Source: Cyanobacterium sp. T60_A2020_053 (GTDB taxonomy: Bacteria; Cyanobacteriota; Cyanobacteriia; Cyanobacteriales; Cyanobacteriaceae). Taken from it: a DNA stretch of 32,000 nucleotides. Below are positions 28,121 through 32,000 of the stretch, piece by piece (the first letter of the stretch is position 1; each line of letters opens with the position of its first letter). Under the pieces are notes generated by a model, which saw nothing but the letters and a program-made list of their open reading frames with translations, had not been told where the DNA came from and ran no database searches. The translations under genes and the position numbers were made by a program. The stretch is from positions 61,683 to 93,682 of the forward strand of contig JACYMF010000086.1 in assembly GCA_015272165.1 (NCBI GenBank), read 5' to 3'.

Positions 28121-28300
28121 ATTAGGGTCTGCTGAATAAATCAACACCCTAGTTAAATAAAGATTTCAAGGATAACTTACATCCGAAAGAGTGTAAAAAA
28201 TAGCGTTTTTTCTTGTTAAAAATCAACAATCGTTGATGAAAATTAAGAATTTGTAAGAAGCGATGATTTTGCTGAAACCTTTAATTTATCAACCTTCTCA
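28121..28300 (+). repeat. Diverged family-1 MITE-like copy
   Basis: It starts aattagggtctgctgaataaatcaacaccc, matching the left terminus at 14761. The interior is only loosely similar and the right boundary is uncertain. Confidence 0.4.
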
Positions 28301-28312
28301 CTTCCCAATAGA

Positions 28313-29836
28313 CTAATCACCAATAAATTTGCGCCCGTAAATATAAGTAAGATGTTTTAAATGGTTAGCCATCTGATCATCCAGCGCCCCTCCTCGATAG
28401 CGCCAAGACCAATTTTCTTCCACAGTGCCGGGAGTATTCATTTTCGACTCACTACCCAAACCCAATAAATCCTGTACAGGAAAAATCGCTATATTTGCCA
28501 CAGAAGCTAAAGCCAGACGAATTAAACTCCAATGAATACCTTGATCGGTTAAAGCGCCTAAATAATCCAACACCCTTTGACGCTCTTCAAAAGAACGTTT
28601 AGTAAACCAACCCACCGTAGTATCATTATCATGAGTACCAGTGTAAGCCACACAATTAGGGGTTGTATAATTATAAGGTAAGAATCCATTAGCCCGATCT
28701 GAATCAAAAGCAAAATGTAACACCTTCATACCCGGAAAATTGTACTTATCCCTCAACGCTTCCACCTCAGGCGTAATTACCCCTAAATCTTCCGCCACAA
28801 TAGGTAAAACCCCCAACTCCTGCTCCAAAATAGCAAAAAAATCATCCCCCAGCGCCCTCACCCATTCCCCATTCATAGCCGTAGTTTCCCCTTGAGGCAC
28901 TGCCCAAAACGACTCAAAACCACGAAAATGATCAATACGCATTATATCTACATATTCCAACATTCCCTTAATGCGTTGTACCCACCAAGCAAAATTTGTC
29001 CCCTGTAACTCATCCCAATCATACACAGGATTTCCCCATAACTGCCCCGTTTCACTAAAATAATCAGGAGGCACACCCGCCATAGAAGCCGCAGCGCCCG
29101 TCACCTCATCCAAACAAAAAATACCTTGATTTGCCCACACATCCACACTATCGTGCGCTACATAAATAGGAATATCCCCAAAAATTTTTACTTGACGCTC
29201 ATTAGCATAACTTTTCAAATTAGACCACTGACGAAAGAAGCTAAACTGTAAAAACTTATGGTAAAACATTTCATCACCTAATTTCATCTGCCAACGGTGA
29301 ATCGCTTCCGGCTGACGTTTAGCAATATCTTGGTCCCATTGAAACCAAGCTCGATCCTGATGATACTCCTTCAACGCCATAAACAAGGAATAATCCTCTA
29401 GCCAATAACCATAATCCTCACAAAAACGGCGAAAATCTGCCTTATATTCATCCTCATCTTTCTCCTGAAAAGCATTAAACGCCTTACGTAAAAGGGGAAA
29501 TTTACTTTCAATGACTAAATCATAATTTACCCGTGAAGGATTTTGTTTATCAAAAATTTCCTCTATCTCCTGCAAATCTTCCTCCGTCAGTAAGCCATCC
29601 CCGAAAAGAACATCTAAACTAATTAATAAAGGATTTCCCGCCAACGCTGAATAAGCCAAATAGGGTGAATTACCTTTTCCAGTCGGTCCTAACGGCAAAA
29701 TTTGCCATACTTGTTGATCACTTTGGTGTAAAAAATCTACAAAACCATAAGCACCCTCCCCCAAATCTCCCACACCGTAACGACTAGGCAAAGAAGTAGG
29801 ATGAAGCAAAACACCACTGCAACGACGATCAAACAT
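28313..29836 (-). CDS. malQ: 4-alpha-glucanotransferase (amylomaltase, GH77)
   Basis: The 507-aa ORF has RCSGVLLHPTSLPSRYGVGDLG at the N terminus, RIDHFRGF and GTHDNDT catalytic-region motifs. Confidence 0.93.
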   Translation of the reverse strand: MFDRRCSGVLLHPTSLPSRYGVGDLGEGAYGFVDFLHQSDQQVWQILPLGPTGKGNSPYLAYSALAGNPLLISLDVLFGDGLLTEEDLQEIEEIFDKQNPSRVNYDLVIESKFPLLRKAFNAFQEKDEDEYKADFRRFCEDYGYWLEDYSLFMALKEYHQDRAWFQWDQDIAKRQPEAIHRWQMKLGDEMFYHKFLQFSFFRQWSNLKSYANERQVKIFGDIPIYVAHDSVDVWANQGIFCLDEVTGAAASMAGVPPDYFSETGQLWGNPVYDWDELQGTNFAWWVQRIKGMLEYVDIMRIDHFRGFESFWAVPQGETTAMNGEWVRALGDDFFAILEQELGVLPIVAEDLGVITPEVEALRDKYNFPGMKVLHFAFDSDRANGFLPYNYTTPNCVAYTGTHDNDTTVGWFTKRSFEERQRVLDYLGALTDQGIHWSLIRLALASVANIAIFPVQDLLGLGSESKMNTPGTVEENWSWRYRGGALDDQMANHLKHLTYIYGRKFIGD

Positions 29837-30012
29837 GATTAAATCAGTAATAATTGGGCAAAGAGAAATTCAACATGAAAAACAACGGGTAACAGAGAAA
29901 CAAGATCAATTTTGACATTTTCCGTATCAGAATTGATGTTAACTTTTGAGGATGTCTAATACTTAATATCTCCCTAAAAATTTTAACTGTTCTCTATTTA
30001 CCCCTCGTAACG

Positions 30013-30144
30013 TTATAAGTCTCCTCTCAAAGCATAAAGGATAAAAACAATTACTGGACCAGCAACTAAAATTAAGCCCACAGAAGTTAACTGTAAAATC
30101 ACCTCAAAATCAACACCACTAAAGAAATTTGTAATAAAGTCCAT
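30013..30144 (-). CDS. psb30: Photosystem II protein Psb30 (Ycf12); not in the supplied ORF track
   Basis: Manual translation of the minus strand gives MDFITNFFSGVDFEVILQLTSVGLILVAGPVIVFILYALRGDL*. The QL-x7-L-x-AGP-x-I-x5-L-R-G-(N/D)-L pattern matches Ycf12, and AGGAG lies 8 nt upstream of the ATG. Confidence 0.75.
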   Translation of the reverse strand: MDFITNFFSGVDFEVILQLTSVGLILVAGPVIVFILYALRGDL

Positions 30145-30368
30145 ATTTACTCCTAAATAATTAAACTATGATTTATTATTAATGACCTCGCCATAATACT
30201 TCTAACCGCAACACCGTTAACATGATCAAACTGTGAGCGGGAAGTTTGCCGACAAAGTCTAAATTTTTAATTATCAATCTATTGACAAAATATATCATAC
30301 TAGGAAAGGTTGCCCTCTTAAATCTGAAATTTAGGGAAATATATTAAGTTTTATTACATTTTTTAATT

Positions 30369-30725
30369 ATGAGTAAATGGCTTTGTATGGAACGTTGTGG
30401 CGCTTGTTGTCACCTCGATCCCAGCGATCGACCTGATCTTGACGTATATTTACAACCAGACGAATTAGAACTTTATCTCAGCATGGTAGGGGAAGACGGT
30501 TGGTGTATCAACTATAGCCATGAGATGAGAAAATGTAACATTTATGAAGATAGACCTCGTTTTTGTCGAGTTAAACCTGATACTTTTCATCAAATGTATG
30601 GGGTCATAGAAGAGGACTTTAACGATTTTGCCGTTGATTGTTGTTTTCAGCAAATTGATGGGGTTTATGGGGAAGATAGTCCCGAATACAGCAATTATTT
30701 ATCTGCTACCAATGATGAGGAGTAA
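30369..30725 (+). CDS. YkgJ-family cysteine-cluster protein (UPF0153)
   Basis: It has CGACCH near the N terminus and CNIYEDRPRFCR, the typical CxxCC...C-x5-RP-x2-C arrangement. Confidence 0.78.
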   Translation: MSKWLCMERCGACCHLDPSDRPDLDVYLQPDELELYLSMVGEDGWCINYSHEMRKCNIYEDRPRFCRVKPDTFHQMYGVIEEDFNDFAVDCCFQQIDGVYGEDSPEYSNYLSATNDEE

Positions 30726-30851
30726 TGGTCTTAAATTTTGGATGACTCGTTAAATTGCAGTTGAATTTCAGTTCCCATCACCTAATCATTCAACTTCTCT
30801 AAGAATTGAGCTAGAAAGCGGAAATAATCTGACACAAGACAAAACAATAAA

Positions 30852-32000
30852 CTAGAGAATCAAACGGCAAATTTCCGAAGCATTATTTGTCCCCGCACGA
30901 TGATCACTAGCAGAAGAAGCAAAAGTGTGAGTGTATCTATCATCTTGATAAAATCTAATTTTATGGTGTTTATTATCTACAAATTGAAAACCTAAATGAC
31001 CCAAATCCCTACGCATTTTCGGATTCAAACTGCGATAATTATTAAATAAATCATGAATTTCTTTTTTCAAACTTTCTAAACTTCCATTACTAGGATTATT
31101 GTGTAGTAAATCTCTTAAAATATGATCCCTACGACTACCTTCATAAACATTATGGAGACTTTGTTTAAGTAAATCTAAAATAATTTCTTTAATTTCATCA
31201 GGATAAAAATTTTTTTCTCTTATGTAAAAATAAATCCTTTCTCTTTGGTCACTAGAATCATTATCACTGTTGTTCACTGCCATTAGATGAGATGATAACT
31301 GATTACACTTATTCTGTAACTCCACTAATTCAGATTTTTGGTTTTGATTTTCCTCTGCTAAAAATTTGTTTTCTGCTTCTAAATCTGTAACCTTTTGTTC
31401 AAGTTTTTTTGTATCTTCTTCAATGCTTTCATATAAATAAATAACATCTTCCTCTGCTCGTTGTTTTTCCATTTCTATTTGCTCAACTTTCTCCTGAATC
31501 GTTAGAGCTAATTCTTCTGCTTTTTCTTTTTCTTTAATTGCTTGTTCACATTTTAAAATAGCCATTTTAACTAATTCTTTCGCCTGTTGTTTTTCTATTT
31601 TTATTTGCTCAAACTTAATTTGAGTAATTCTAGCTAATTCCTCTGCTTTTTTCTTCTCAGCTGTTATTTTATAATTTTCTCTTTTTATGAGATTTAATTG
31701 TCTTTTGATTTCTTGTTTTTCACCCATTAGCTGTTCAATTTTAGCATTAACTTGTTGTTGAGATTCCTCAGCGCCCTTCCTCTCACGGATAATTTGTTCA
31801 ATTTTATGCCTAACTTGGCTTAGTTCGCTTTCCGTGGCCTCCTTTTCTCTAATTACTTCTCTTAAGTTTTGTAAAGTTCTTGTTAATTTTTCTTCGGTAA
31901 TTAATTTTTGTTGAACTGCTCGTAATTCATTTTCTCGTGATATTTTCAGCAAATAAGAGGCAACGGAAATAGTCGATAATAGAATAATCCCTGTAATCAT
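30852..32000 (-). CDS. Membrane-anchored coiled-coil protein with an uncharacterised C-terminal globular domain; the N terminus is at or beyond the window edge
   Basis: It has an N-terminal hydrophobic helix (ITGIILLSTISVASYLL) and about 200 aa of heptad-rich E/K/Q sequence with internal repeats (KAEELA..IQ.K.EQI..EKQ.A.E). The C-terminal ~140 aa ends KHHKIRFYQDDRYTHTFASSASDHRAGTNNASEICRLIL. The ATG occupies the last 3 bases of the window. Confidence 0.6.
   Translation of the reverse strand: MITGIILLSTISVASYLLKISRENELRAVQQKLITEEKLTRTLQNLREVIREKEATESELSQVRHKIEQIIRERKGAEESQQQVNAKIEQLMGEKQEIKRQLNLIKRENYKITAEKKKAEELARITQIKFEQIKIEKQQAKELVKMAILKCEQAIKEKEKAEELALTIQEKVEQIEMEKQRAEEDVIYLYESIEEDTKKLEQKVTDLEAENKFLAEENQNQKSELVELQNKCNQLSSHLMAVNNSDNDSSDQRERIYFYIREKNFYPDEIKEIILDLLKQSLHNVYEGSRRDHILRDLLHNNPSNGSLESLKKEIHDLFNNYRSLNPKMRRDLGHLGFQFVDNKHHKIRFYQDDRYTHTFASSASDHRAGTNNASEICRLIL

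Overview
This is an AT-rich cyanobacterial chromosomal window. The phylum is set by phycocyanin cpcB-cpcA, ndhH, psb30/ycf12, rbcR/ycf30 and a Tab2 homolog; the genus cannot be determined from the sequence alone. It holds about 33 supportable protein genes, mostly housekeeping: coaD, tldD, trmB, clpS, dnaN, malQ, three glycosyltransferases, a YvcK-like protein, an Sfp-type PPTase, a nitroreductase, a response regulator with an HD-GYP domain, and others. There are two tRNAs, His-GTG and Leu-CAG. One small photosystem II gene (psb30, 43 codons) is missing from the supplied ORF track. Intergenic DNA is saturated with nested MITE-like repeats of at least two families, plus heptamer arrays and small palindromic hairpins.

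The two most unusual observations are:
1. A 349-bp non-coding element occurs twice (7660-8008 and 22077-22425) with a single mismatch. Each copy is co-oriented with, and immediately 5' of, a highly expressed gene (ndhH and cpcBA). It has no TIRs, no target duplication and no credible ORF.
2. The non-palindromic word GGGCGCT/AGCGCCC is extremely over-represented, at roughly one GGGCGC core per 480 bp by manual scan. Canonical HIP1 (GCGATCGC) was not seen.

I did not find a convincing new multi-gene system. There is no CRISPR array, defence-island, toxin-antitoxin or biosynthetic-cluster signature. The unknown-function candidates are:
- two small ORFs translationally coupled to clpS;
- an isolated 153-aa ORF in an island of non-coding DNA;
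- a membrane-anchored coiled-coil protein cut by the right window edge.

All family calls rest on motif recognition by eye. No database search was possible.
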